Positions 26,569 through 35,090 of a stretch of DNA of 57,164 bases are shown piece after piece. The notes below the pieces were generated by a model. It was not told the DNA's origin, ran no database searches, and was given only the letters and a program-made list of their open reading frames with translations. Both the position numbers and the translations under genes were made by a program. Source of the stretch: an uncultured Candidatus Saccharibacteria bacterium (GTDB lineage: Bacteria; Patescibacteriota; UBA1384; DATEAH01; CAYPSR01); the NCBI GenBank assembly GCA_964448035.1, contig CAYUUY010000001.1:1-57164 (forward strand), read 5' to 3'. Position 1 is the stretch's first letter. Each line of letters opens with the position of its first letter.

Positions 26569-28860
26569 ATGAAAATATGTCTTATTTATCTTCCACACCC
26601 TTATTTAGTTGATCCAGAGGCCCAAGCCCCTTTGGGTCTACTTTATATTGCTAGTTCATTAGAACAAACCAAACAACATGATGTTATTTTAAAAAACTAT
26701 TCTTCTTATACTGAAGAAGAGGCAATCAATGATTTACCGGAGTGTGATGTTTATGGTATAACAGTAACAGCACTAGAATTATTGCAGTCTAATGATTTTG
26801 CAAAGAAAATAAAAAATAAATATCCTAATAGTAAAGTCATTCTTGGTGGGCCTGGAACATTTAGCGATCAATATGTCGATTGGATAGTTATTGATTCTAT
26901 ATTAAAGGGTGAAGGAGAAATTACCATACATACTATCTTAGACGATATTTTGTTAGGTAATGAACAAAAAATTTATAAAGGAGAAGTTGTTAAAAATCTA
27001 GACATAATTCCTTTTCCAGCTAGGCATTTGTTAAAAGATAAACAAGGCGGTCATATTTTTGCAAATCATACAACCTTCGATAAAACATTTAGTATGGAAT
27101 ATAAAGGAAAAGGAACCACATCAATATTAACAAGTAGGGGATGCGGATGGGGTTGCAGTTTTTGTTCAAGTCCTGGAATGAACCAAAAATTACGATTTCG
27201 TAGTCCTCAAAATGTATATAATGAAATAAAACATATTGTAGATACATATAAAATAAAACAGTTTCGTTTTTCAGATGAAATGTTTACGGCTAATAAAAAA
27301 CATGTATTGGAAATTTGCGAATTAATAAAACCATTGGGTATTGTGTGGAGAATTTCGGCAAGGGTCAAACCACTATCAATGGAAATATTAAAGGCAATGA
27401 AAAAGGCGGGATGTGTTGAGATAAGTTTTGGTGTGGAATCGTTTGATGATGATGTATTGAAAGGACTAAATAAGGGGACAACAGCAGAGGATAATGCCAA
27501 AGCGTTACAGATGGCAAAGGACGCAGGATTAATGGTTCGTGTTTTATTCATGATCAGGACTCCTTGGCAAACCATTGATACTGTTTATAAGAATATTGAT
27601 TGGCTAAAAAAGGTTCCATATGATACAATTGCGTGTACATCATTCGTTCCTTTGCCTGGATGTTTTGATACAAAAACAGAAATTTTAACCAAATTGGGAT
27701 GGAAAAAATATAACGAAATTGGTTATAATGATTATTTTTTAACAAGAAACATAAATAATGAAATTGAATATCAAAAACCGTTGAAAATAACTAAAGAAAA
27801 ATATTCTGGAGAAATGATAAAACAAAAAAGTAAATGTATAGACTATTTTGTTACACCAAATCACAAATTTTTAATCAACACATATTATAAAAACGATTTT
27901 CAGTTTAGATATGCCAAAGATATAAAAATAAACAATAGAATTCCAAATATTGGAAAATGGATAGGTATAACACCAGAACCAATAATTTATATAGGAAAAC
28001 ATACCTTTAATATGAAAGATTGGGTAGCTTTTTTAGGTATTTTTATATCTGAAGGATGTACATTTAAATGTAAAAATTATATATATAGGGTGCAAATAAC
28101 ACAATCTAAAAAGGATAATGTTAGAAAAATAAAAAATCTTTTAAATGACATGGGATTAATATATTCTTATAACAACGATAAAGATTTTGTTATAAATTCA
28201 AAAGATTTATATTTAAAATTAAAACCGTTGGGAAAAAGTTGGGAAAAATATATTCCCAATGATATAAAACAGTTGAATTCGGATTATTTAAAAATATTAT
28301 ATAAATGGTTAATAATGGGTGATGGACATTCAAGAACAAAATATTATGACCAAACATATTATTCAACATCAATTCGTTTGGTAAATGATATATTAGAAAT
28401 TTTATTAAAAATAGGTAAATGTGGTAATTATTCTGTACGAGAACCAAAAGAATGTTATATTAGAGGAAGAAAAATATCATCTAAAAGATTGCTATATACC
28501 ATACAAGAAAGAAAAAGCAAATTTACAAAACTTCACACTCAAAACCATAAACCTCAAAAAGTTCATTATGATAACACTGTTTGGTGTGTTTCTGTTCCTA
28601 ATAAGGTTATATATGTAAGAAGAAATGGTAAATGTTATTTTTCTGGAAATAGTGATATTTGGAAAAAACCAGATGATTACAATATTGAAATTTTAAATCG
28701 TAATATCCAAGACTACAATTTTTATTTTTATGGGCGAGATGGAAAAAATGATTTAAAGGATATTATTAAAATAAAGGATCGTTCACTTGAAGAATTAAAT
28801 GCAGAATCTACTTATTTTCGAAACTGGATAGAACAGCAAGGTAAAACCAATAAAGGATAA
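26569..28860 (+). CDS. B12-binding (class B) radical SAM enzyme precursor containing one intein
   Basis: N-terminal cobalamin-binding-like domain ('ICLIYLPHP...APLGLLYIASSL', 'GGPG'), radical SAM cluster 'SRGCGWGCSFC' (CxxxCxxC). Exteins rejoin as 'FVPLPG|SDIW'. Start at 'MKICLIY' (track start 26536). Confidence 0.8.
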   Translation: MKICLIYLPHPYLVDPEAQAPLGLLYIASSLEQTKQHDVILKNYSSYTEEEAINDLPECDVYGITVTALELLQSNDFAKKIKNKYPNSKVILGGPGTFSDQYVDWIVIDSILKGEGEITIHTILDDILLGNEQKIYKGEVVKNLDIIPFPARHLLKDKQGGHIFANHTTFDKTFSMEYKGKGTTSILTSRGCGWGCSFCSSPGMNQKLRFRSPQNVYNEIKHIVDTYKIKQFRFSDEMFTANKKHVLEICELIKPLGIVWRISARVKPLSMEILKAMKKAGCVEISFGVESFDDDVLKGLNKGTTAEDNAKALQMAKDAGLMVRVLFMIRTPWQTIDTVYKNIDWLKKVPYDTIACTSFVPLPGCFDTKTEILTKLGWKKYNEIGYNDYFLTRNINNEIEYQKPLKITKEKYSGEMIKQKSKCIDYFVTPNHKFLINTYYKNDFQFRYAKDIKINNRIPNIGKWIGITPEPIIYIGKHTFNMKDWVAFLGIFISEGCTFKCKNYIYRVQITQSKKDNVRKIKNLLNDMGLIYSYNNDKDFVINSKDLYLKLKPLGKSWEKYIPNDIKQLNSDYLKILYKWLIMGDGHSRTKYYDQTYYSTSIRLVNDILEILLKIGKCGNYSVREPKECYIRGRKISSKRLLYTIQERKSKFTKLHTQNHKPQKVHYDNTVWCVSVPNKVIYVRRNGKCYFSGNSDIWKKPDDYNIEILNRNIQDYNFYFYGRDGKNDLKDIIKIKDRSLEELNAESTYFRNWIEQQGKTNKG
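27661..28650 (+). mobile_element. Intein (330 aa) with LAGLIDADG homing endonuclease in a radical SAM gene
   Basis: 'CFDTKTEILTKLGW', 'TPNH', 'FLGIFISEGC' and 'WLIMGDGHS', 'VWCVSVPNKVIYVRRNGKCYFSGN' then +1 Ser. Confidence 0.8.
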
Positions 28861-28862
28861 GT

Positions 28863-29168
28863 ATGAACATATTTTGTGATATATATGGAACATTGACCGA
28901 TGATGGAGAACATAGAAATGGTATTCCAAATTTATATAGGATATGTAAAATAAAACAATTATCACTTACTAATACTGTATATTTGTGGAGCGGGAATGGG
29001 CAAACATATGCTGAAGAGTTTCGCATTAAACATGGTTTGCTTCGTTGTACAGCAATAGGAAAACCACATTTAATAATTGATGATAATCCAACTATAAGAC
29101 CAAATTGGGATTCTTTAATTAAAACACCAGATTGTTTAGATAAGGAGCATATAAATGTCAATACTTAA
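28863..29168 (+). CDS. HAD-like small protein with degenerate motif I
   Basis: 'FCDIYGTLT' (DxYGT instead of DxDGT), 'GKP', 'IIDDN'. Confidence 0.4.
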   Translation: MNIFCDIYGTLTDDGEHRNGIPNLYRICKIKQLSLTNTVYLWSGNGQTYAEEFRIKHGLLRCTAIGKPHLIIDDNPTIRPNWDSLIKTPDCLDKEHINVNT

Positions 29169-29391
29169 TAACACACAGTTGGATCGTGATAGAGTTAATT
29201 GTTTTAAATGTTATTGGGTCGTGCATCCACACTATGACGATTTTGATAATTTATCTGTAATGTGTTCTTGTCCTTATATGGAAATGATAAAGGATGAATA
29301 TGATTATTATAATCAAAATCATAATTGCAGATACTTTTATAAACAAAAAACAATTTGTCAAAAAATTATTAAATTTTTGAGGGGTTTTTAA
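29155..29391 (+). CDS. Cys/His-rich hypothetical protein
   Basis: 78-aa ORF, 'CFKC...CSC...C'. Confidence 0.5.
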   Translation: MSILNNTQLDRDRVNCFKCYWVVHPHYDDFDNLSVMCSCPYMEMIKDEYDYYNQNHNCRYFYKQKTICQKIIKFLRGF

Positions 29392-29392
29392 T

Positions 29393-30088
29393 ATGAAATT
29401 TATACTTAACGAAAATCAGCATGATAGGGATGTTGAATTAGCAAAATTATTAAATTTACCATTAGAAAAAATACAAAAATTACCAATGTGCACACCCGAT
29501 TCAATTAGAATTTCTAATGGTGATAAACCAGAAAATTTAGAAGACTTGTATCATGACTATGAACACTTAAATTTTCCAGCTTATTTACGCACATTAATGA
29601 TGACCAGTGCAACAAGAAGACACCCTGCTCTTTTTGAATTATTAAGAGAAACAAAAAATAAGATTTGTCTTGATTTTGGATCAGGAGTAGGAACGCACGC
29701 TATTGCTTTACATGAAAATAGTAATATTGTTCATTTACTTGATGTTCCAGGAAAATTATTTGATTTTGCTAAAAAAAGACTAACAAATATAGGTTGCGAA
29801 TTTTTTATATGGTTTAATAACAATATGGCTTTACCAGAAGATTATTATGATGTTGTTATTTGTTCTGACTGCTTGGAACATGTCCAATCACCAATCAAAG
29901 AATTGAAACGTATTCATAAATCAATGAAAGTAGGTGGTATTCTTCACTTGCTTGTTTCAACAATGAGAAAACCTAGTAGTGGTCACTTTGATAGTTCAAT
30001 TGATGAATGGATAAAGTATGGTAAGAAATTTATGATTGACAATTTCTATGAAATTAAACCAACAATTTATCAGAAAAAGGAAAAATAA
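29393..30088 (+). CDS. Class I SAM-dependent methyltransferase
   Basis: Motif I 'CLDFGSGVGTHA', 'LLDV', 'VVICSDCLEHV', 'GGILHL'. Confidence 0.75.
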   Translation: MKFILNENQHDRDVELAKLLNLPLEKIQKLPMCTPDSIRISNGDKPENLEDLYHDYEHLNFPAYLRTLMMTSATRRHPALFELLRETKNKICLDFGSGVGTHAIALHENSNIVHLLDVPGKLFDFAKKRLTNIGCEFFIWFNNNMALPEDYYDVVICSDCLEHVQSPIKELKRIHKSMKVGGILHLLVSTMRKPSSGHFDSSIDEWIKYGKKFMIDNFYEIKPTIYQKKEK

Positions 30089-30157
30089 TGGAAGATAAAA
30101 CAATTTTAAATATAAATCCTAAAGATATTACTATTTTATCAGGTATTTCTGGAAGTA

Positions 30158-30643
30158 ATGGCAAAAGAACTTTATGAAGCAGGAACCACATTTATTTTGG
30201 TTACTGCATATAGCGAGCAAGAAAACGAACGATTACTAAATGTTAGAAAAAATGTAACAGATACAATTGATAAAAAATATATAAATAATGTATCTTTTTA
30301 TATTAGAAAATCATACAAATTAGATTCAAGACTTAATATGAATGGTAAAAGTGGGGCCTGTTATGCACCATTAACAGAATTATTAATTTGCCCAGATGGA
30401 AAATTAAGACTATGTTGTATGGATATCGATGAAAATGAAGCCTTTGGTGATCTTCATAAAGAAAATTTTGAAGATATTATTATAAATAATCATGAAAGAC
30501 TTACTAAACTTCGAGAATCTCTTATTAAATCAGAAAGAACATTAGAACTATGTAAAAAGTGCAATTTTGTAAATAGAATGAAAGGTTTTTATATGAGTAA
30601 GGGTGATTTTAGAAATAATGCATCAAAATTAAAAAGGAAATAA
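30158..30643 (+). CDS. SPASM/twitch-like Cys-rich domain protein without a radical SAM core
   Basis: 'GACYAPLTELLICPDGKLRLCCMD...FGDLHKENFEDII...LELCKKCNF' resembles the C-terminal auxiliary-cluster domain of radical SAM/SPASM proteins; no CxxxCxxC present. Confidence 0.4.
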   Translation: MAKELYEAGTTFILVTAYSEQENERLLNVRKNVTDTIDKKYINNVSFYIRKSYKLDSRLNMNGKSGACYAPLTELLICPDGKLRLCCMDIDENEAFGDLHKENFEDIIINNHERLTKLRESLIKSERTLELCKKCNFVNRMKGFYMSKGDFRNNASKLKRK

Positions 30644-30852
30644 TGATACACGCACTTGTAATAGCCGGTTCATATCAACAATTCAAATATTGGCTATGGG
30701 AAAATCGACAATGTGAAAAAGACTATTTTTATGTAAATGATTGGGAGAGCTGTCTTGGATTACGAAATTTACCAATTTTATTGGTAGAACAGTATGGTAA
30801 AAGTCCAGTCAATCCTTATATATTATCGGAAATGATACAAGATGATTGCTAA
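30643..30852 (+). CDS. hypothetical protein
   Basis: 69-aa ORF, TAATG coupling. Confidence 0.45.
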   Translation: MIHALVIAGSYQQFKYWLWENRQCEKDYFYVNDWESCLGLRNLPILLVEQYGKSPVNPYILSEMIQDDC

Positions 30853-31336
30853 AAAACTCAAATTAACAATGGGAGCCAATTGTCAACTTTCACCACAGGC
30901 CCACATTGGATATCACGAAACTGGAAAAGGATCAATAACTTTAGGGAATAAGGTCATTATTCGTCATGGTTGCGTTATCAGAACTTGTTCTGGTGACATA
31001 AAAATAGCAAATAACACGGTTATTAACTATAACTGTATTATTCATGGCCTTGGTGGCGTTACAATAGGGTCTGACGTGCTTTTTTCACCAAATGTGCAAA
31101 TGTATGCTCAAAATCATGGAACGGCCCGTGACAGGCTAATTAGAAGCCAAAGCAACGAATCTAAAGGTATTAAGATAGGAAATGATGTTTGGATAGGAGC
31201 AGGAGTCATTATTTTAGATGGAGTAACAATAGAAACCGGTGCAATTATTGGTGCTGGGTCAATTGTTAATAAAAATGTGCCTTCTTATGAAATTTGGGCA
31301 GGTAATCCAGCAAAAAAGATTGGAGAACGTAAATGA
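30842..31336 (+). CDS. Left-handed beta-helix (hexapeptide repeat) acetyltransferase
   Basis: Hexapeptide repeats '[31 protein letters not shown]' and terminal '[10 protein letters not shown]'. Confidence 0.8.
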   Translation: MIAKKLKLTMGANCQLSPQAHIGYHETGKGSITLGNKVIIRHGCVIRTCSGDIKIANNTVINYNCIIHGLGGVTIGSDVLFSPNVQMYAQNHGTARDRLIRSQSNESKGIKIGNDVWIGAGVIILDGVTIETGAIIGAGSIVNKNVPSYEIWAGNPAKKIGERK

Positions 31337-31722
31337 ATTCGGTATTAGATAAACAATTATGTGATAAATATCCTAAAATTTTTGTTCAACGCAATTTACA
31401 ACCAGATCAAACAGCAATGTGTTGGGGATTTGAATGTGGTGATGGTTGGTATTGGCTCATAGATTCACTTTGTAATCAGTTACAATGGGATATAGATCAT
31501 AACCGTTATCCACAGATAGAAGCAGTACAAGTTAAAGAAAAGTTTGGTGGTTTACGTTTTTATGTTTCTGGTTGTAATGAAAACCAATCTGGAAGTATAG
31601 AATTTGCCGAATTATTATCATCTACTATTTGTGAAAAATGCGGTCAACCAGGAGCCACACAGACAGAAACAGGATGGATACAAACTTTGTGTGATAAATG
31701 TAAAGATGAAGGAAACCAATGA
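31333..31722 (+). CDS. hypothetical protein (conserved phage '[10 protein letters not shown]' type)
   Basis: '[12 protein letters not shown]' and 'CEKCG...CDKC' recur in uncharacterised phage proteins. Confidence 0.55.
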   Translation: MNSVLDKQLCDKYPKIFVQRNLQPDQTAMCWGFECGDGWYWLIDSLCNQLQWDIDHNRYPQIEAVQVKEKFGGLRFYVSGCNENQSGSIEFAELLSSTICEKCGQPGATQTETGWIQTLCDKCKDEGNQ

Positions 31723-32594
31723 AAAGAATCGCCTTTATAATACCATTTTTCTACAAATGGGGCAACTATAGTAATGTCCGTGCTAACTATGAATTTTTAC
31801 AAAAGCATGGTTATATTGTAGATATTTATAGCAAAAAAGATAATAAACCTATCAATTTTGATAATTATGACCTAGTTATGATGCATGGGTCTGGGGCTTT
31901 TTTAACAGATGAACAATTTAAAAATTGTAAAATACCTATTATTGCACTCGGCTGGTCTGATCCCAACATGTTTAATGAAGTTCATTTTAATCAAGGCACT
32001 ATTTATTGTACTAATGATTTAACGCTATCCCATGAATTAAAGGGTAAACCTATATATTTTTACAATACAGCATGTGATAAAAGACATCATATTGACTTAA
32101 AACTAAAAAAGGAAACCGATATTTTAGTATATGGAGTAGGAAAACATCCTTTTGTTCCTAATAGAAATAAAGTAGTCAATAATCTAAGAAGAGACGGTTT
32201 TTCTGTTAAAGTGTTTGGCCGCAATTGGGATTCTCATAAAGACACATATGATTTTATTGAAGGTGAAGGGTTATCTTGTGAAATTTGTAAAGCACATATT
32301 CTTCTTGATGTGACAAACAAAGAAACGGCCTGGGGACATAGGGTTTTTGAATCTAGTGCAAGAGGAACACCAGTTTTAACAATAGACAGAGAAGATACAC
32401 GTTCTATGTTTGAACCAGATTCGGAAATTGTTCTTTATAAAAATTATAATGATATGAAAGAAAAATTAACTTTTTATTTAAAGTCAAAAGAAATACTTCG
32501 TGAAATTGGTATTAATGCTCAAAAAAGATGTTACAAAGACCATGATATTAGTATAAAAATAAAAGAATTGATTAAAATAATAGGGGATTTTTAA
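31719..32594 (+). CDS. GT1 / CgeB-like glycosyltransferase
   Basis: C-terminal 'RVFESSARGTPVLT' (E-x7-E-region-like GT-B motif); Rossmann-like N-terminus 'KRIAFIIPF'. Confidence 0.5.
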   Translation: MKRIAFIIPFFYKWGNYSNVRANYEFLQKHGYIVDIYSKKDNKPINFDNYDLVMMHGSGAFLTDEQFKNCKIPIIALGWSDPNMFNEVHFNQGTIYCTNDLTLSHELKGKPIYFYNTACDKRHHIDLKLKKETDILVYGVGKHPFVPNRNKVVNNLRRDGFSVKVFGRNWDSHKDTYDFIEGEGLSCEICKAHILLDVTNKETAWGHRVFESSARGTPVLTIDREDTRSMFEPDSEIVLYKNYNDMKEKLTFYLKSKEILREIGINAQKRCYKDHDISIKIKELIKIIGDF

Positions 32595-32791
32595 TGGAAA
32601 AACTAAAGAATTTTCTTTTTCGTAAAGTCCTTAATCATAAATGGTCAAAAGAAAAATACAGATGGATAATAGTCGAAGAACATATGAATGATGACATATT
32701 TTTATACGAAACAAATGGTATATTTATATCATCAATTACTGATCCAAAAAAAAATCGTAATTTTTACAAAAGAGTGAGGAAAATACAATGA
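32594..32791 (+). CDS. hypothetical protein
   Basis: 65-aa ORF, coupled. Confidence 0.45.
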   Translation: MEKLKNFLFRKVLNHKWSKEKYRWIIVEEHMNDDIFLYETNGIFISSITDPKKNRNFYKRVRKIQ

Positions 32792-32970
32792 AAAATCAAT
32801 ATTTAATTGGAGTACCCAAAAGGGATTTTATTAGACTATTGGATGGTCATGCTTTTGTTGGATGTACTAAGGATTTTGAACAAATTCAATCAATCCAAAA
32901 ACAGTTTAATTATAAAGATAAATCTTTTAAAATTTACAAGCTAGTTGAGGTTAAAGATGAACAAGCATAA
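32788..32970 (+). CDS. hypothetical protein
   Basis: 60-aa ORF, ATGA coupling. Confidence 0.45.
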   Translation: MKNQYLIGVPKRDFIRLLDGHAFVGCTKDFEQIQSIQKQFNYKDKSFKIYKLVEVKDEQA

Positions 32971-33193
32971 ATGCGAATGCGGAAAATTGGCCACTTGGTG
33001 CTATATGCCAAATGATAGTGTCGGATATAAATGCGATGATTGCGTACCTAGGGGTTGTACCTGTAATCAATATCCGATTGACGATGATTATGATAATCTG
33101 AATTTAGATAATTGGATTGCTCAATTAGATGATGAAGGTAGATTACTTCCATGTTGCGAATGGTGGTATGACGAAGAAGGGTGGGATAAATGA
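32945..33193 (+). CDS. Cys-rich hypothetical protein
   Basis: 'CECG...CDDC...CTC...CC'; the start may be the internal ATG at 32957. Confidence 0.5.
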   Translation: MRLKMNKHKCECGKLATWCYMPNDSVGYKCDDCVPRGCTCNQYPIDDDYDNLNLDNWIAQLDDEGRLLPCCEWWYDEEGWDK

Positions 33194-33561
33194 ACATAGC
33201 TGTTATAGGTAGCAGAGAATTTAAAGATAAAAACTTTGTTTTTCAAACATTAAGTGGGTTTTTTGACAATCAGCTAAGTTATGGTAATATTTCTTCCGAT
33301 TATGTTTTAGTATCTGGGGGTGCAAAGGGTGTTGATTCCTGGGGAGAAGAATTCTGGAAAAAACATTCTGGTGAATGTATTATATTTAAACCTGAATGGG
33401 ATAAATATGGAAAATCTGCGGGATTCATAAGAAATAAATTAATTATTGAAAAATCCAATAGAATTATTGCTTTCTGGAATGGTATATCAAAAGGAACAAA
33501 GCATAGTATAGATTTAGCAATTTCTATGGACAAACCAGTAGATATTTATGTGAGGAATTAA
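33190..33561 (+). CDS. DUF2493 / SLOG-superfamily protein
   Basis: 'IAVIGSREF', 'LVSGGAKGVDSWGEEFW', 'KPEWDKYGKSAGFIRN', 'FWNGISKGTKH' match my recollection of the DUF2493 (YspA-related SLOG) pattern. Confidence 0.6.
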   Translation: MNIAVIGSREFKDKNFVFQTLSGFFDNQLSYGNISSDYVLVSGGAKGVDSWGEEFWKKHSGECIIFKPEWDKYGKSAGFIRNKLIIEKSNRIIAFWNGISKGTKHSIDLAISMDKPVDIYVRN

Positions 33562-33585
33562 TTAAACACGGGAAGGATTATAGAT

Positions 33586-33888
33586 ATGTGTAAATGGGGA
33601 ACAGAATCTATTATTAAATTGGCATATCCAATGTCTTGTAGCGGACGAAAAGAAATTAGTGTGGATTCGTGTCTTGCTAAACTAATTCAAACACTCAATG
33701 AGTATAAAATTCATACCCTTGGGTGCTGTTGTGGACATGGAAAAGCTCATGGAAGCGTATTAATTCATCCAGATAACTTTGAAATAACCGAATTCGGCTA
33801 TTGTGAACTTAAATTTGGGGATGGGGAGAAAATGACAAATAAGGCATATTTAGAAGCTATAGACGAAAGTAAAGATATTACTAATTAA
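33586..33888 (+). CDS. hypothetical protein ('CCCGHG' motif)
   Basis: 100-aa ORF, 'VDSCLAKLIQTLNEYKIHTLGCCCGHG'. Confidence 0.5.
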   Translation: MCKWGTESIIKLAYPMSCSGRKEISVDSCLAKLIQTLNEYKIHTLGCCCGHGKAHGSVLIHPDNFEITEFGYCELKFGDGEKMTNKAYLEAIDESKDITN

Positions 33889-33917
33889 ATTAGTAACTTA
33901 TCAACAAAGGATTAATT

Positions 33918-34187
33918 ATGACAATTGCACATATGGACGATTTATTTCCAGAGGAAATGGACAATAAAAAATCAAAGAAACATCTTAAAAACATAACAGA
34001 AGATGAATTTGATACGTTAAAAGAAATGGGACTTTTATGGGAGTTCTACCCAGAGGCTCCAGAATTCTTTAGGGATATAAACAAACCACAGATAGGAAGA
34101 TGTATTTGCTGTGGCAAACCAGTGGCTGACTTAATACATTCAACTAAACCCGATTTATGTTCTGAGTGTGGAGATGAATGGATATAA
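33918..34187 (+). CDS. hypothetical protein with C-terminal zinc ribbon
   Basis: 'CICCG...CSEC'. Confidence 0.5.
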   Translation: MTIAHMDDLFPEEMDNKKSKKHLKNITEDEFDTLKEMGLLWEFYPEAPEFFRDINKPQIGRCICCGKPVADLIHSTKPDLCSECGDEWI

Positions 34188-34489
34188 TAACAGAAGAGAA
34201 AAATATCATGAATAAAAACATAGAAATAAAAGGCACAATACAGTTAGATATGAATGATGATTGTATTTTAATTACCCGAAACTCTAAAGATCATAAACAA
34301 GAAGTAATTGAATTTCTGGAAAATACTTACCAGTTAAATACTCGCAGGTATAAGATTCAAAAAGGTTATCTAAAGAAAGCTCAAGTTGCGGGATTTAAGT
34401 GTAAAATTCTTGGATGGTCTTGTGTTAGAAAAGCTACAAAAAAAGACATTGCATTTTTTACTATAATAGAAGATTTAAAGGGGGGTTAA
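34178..34489 (+). CDS. hypothetical protein
   Basis: 103-aa ORF (alternative start at 'MNKNIEIKG'). Confidence 0.5.
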   Translation: MDIITEEKNIMNKNIEIKGTIQLDMNDDCILITRNSKDHKQEVIEFLENTYQLNTRRYKIQKGYLKKAQVAGFKCKILGWSCVRKATKKDIAFFTIIEDLKGG

Positions 34490-34493
34490 AAAA

Positions 34494-35090
34494 ATGATTA
34501 TTGTTAGTTTTTATACACCAGGTAACTACGAAAAAGTAATGAATTCTCATTTACGACCATCTTTAGAAAAATGGGGATTGAAGCATTATATAGAAGAGGT
34601 ACCCGATTTAGGAAATTGGTTCAAAAACACAAGTTTTAAAAGTCACTTCATGCTAAAGTGTTTTAATGAATTTAAAGAAGACCTTTGTTTTATTGATGCG
34701 GATGGAGTCATTGAAGAATTTCCCGAATTATTATTTAACATTCCAGAAAATTGTGATGTTGCGGCCCACCAGCTTGATTGGGAAAAATATTGGAAAGGTA
34801 AATCTGGCTCTGATCATCGTGAATTTTTATCTGGTACATTGTTCATGCGATACACTCCTGAAGTTCTTGATATCACACATGATTGGATTGAACAATGTGA
34901 AAATGACCCAGGTACAAAAGAACAAAAAATACTTGGTAATTTAATTGATAAATCAACAGCTATTAATTTTTTTAATTTGCCAGCCAGTTATTGTGCAATC
35001 ATTAATCACTCTGGAATTATTCCTGAGTATATTGGTAAACCAGTGATAACCCATCATCAGGCATCCAGAAAATACAAGAGTAAACATTGA
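34494..35090 (+). CDS. GT-A-like nucleotide-sugar transferase (putative)
   Basis: 'IIVSFYTPGNY' N-terminus and 'CFIDADGV' DxD-type motif; last gene of the island. Confidence 0.4.
   Translation: MIIVSFYTPGNYEKVMNSHLRPSLEKWGLKHYIEEVPDLGNWFKNTSFKSHFMLKCFNEFKEDLCFIDADGVIEEFPELLFNIPENCDVAAHQLDWEKYWKGKSGSDHREFLSGTLFMRYTPEVLDITHDWIEQCENDPGTKEQKILGNLIDKSTAINFFNLPASYCAIINHSGIIPEYIGKPVITHHQASRKYKSKH

Noticed and set aside
28863-29168. Calling the 101-aa HAD-like ORF an active phosphatase.
   Set aside because: Motif I reads DIYGT. The second Asp, which acts as the general acid/base, is replaced by Tyr, so catalytic competence is doubtful. It is annotated only as HAD-like.
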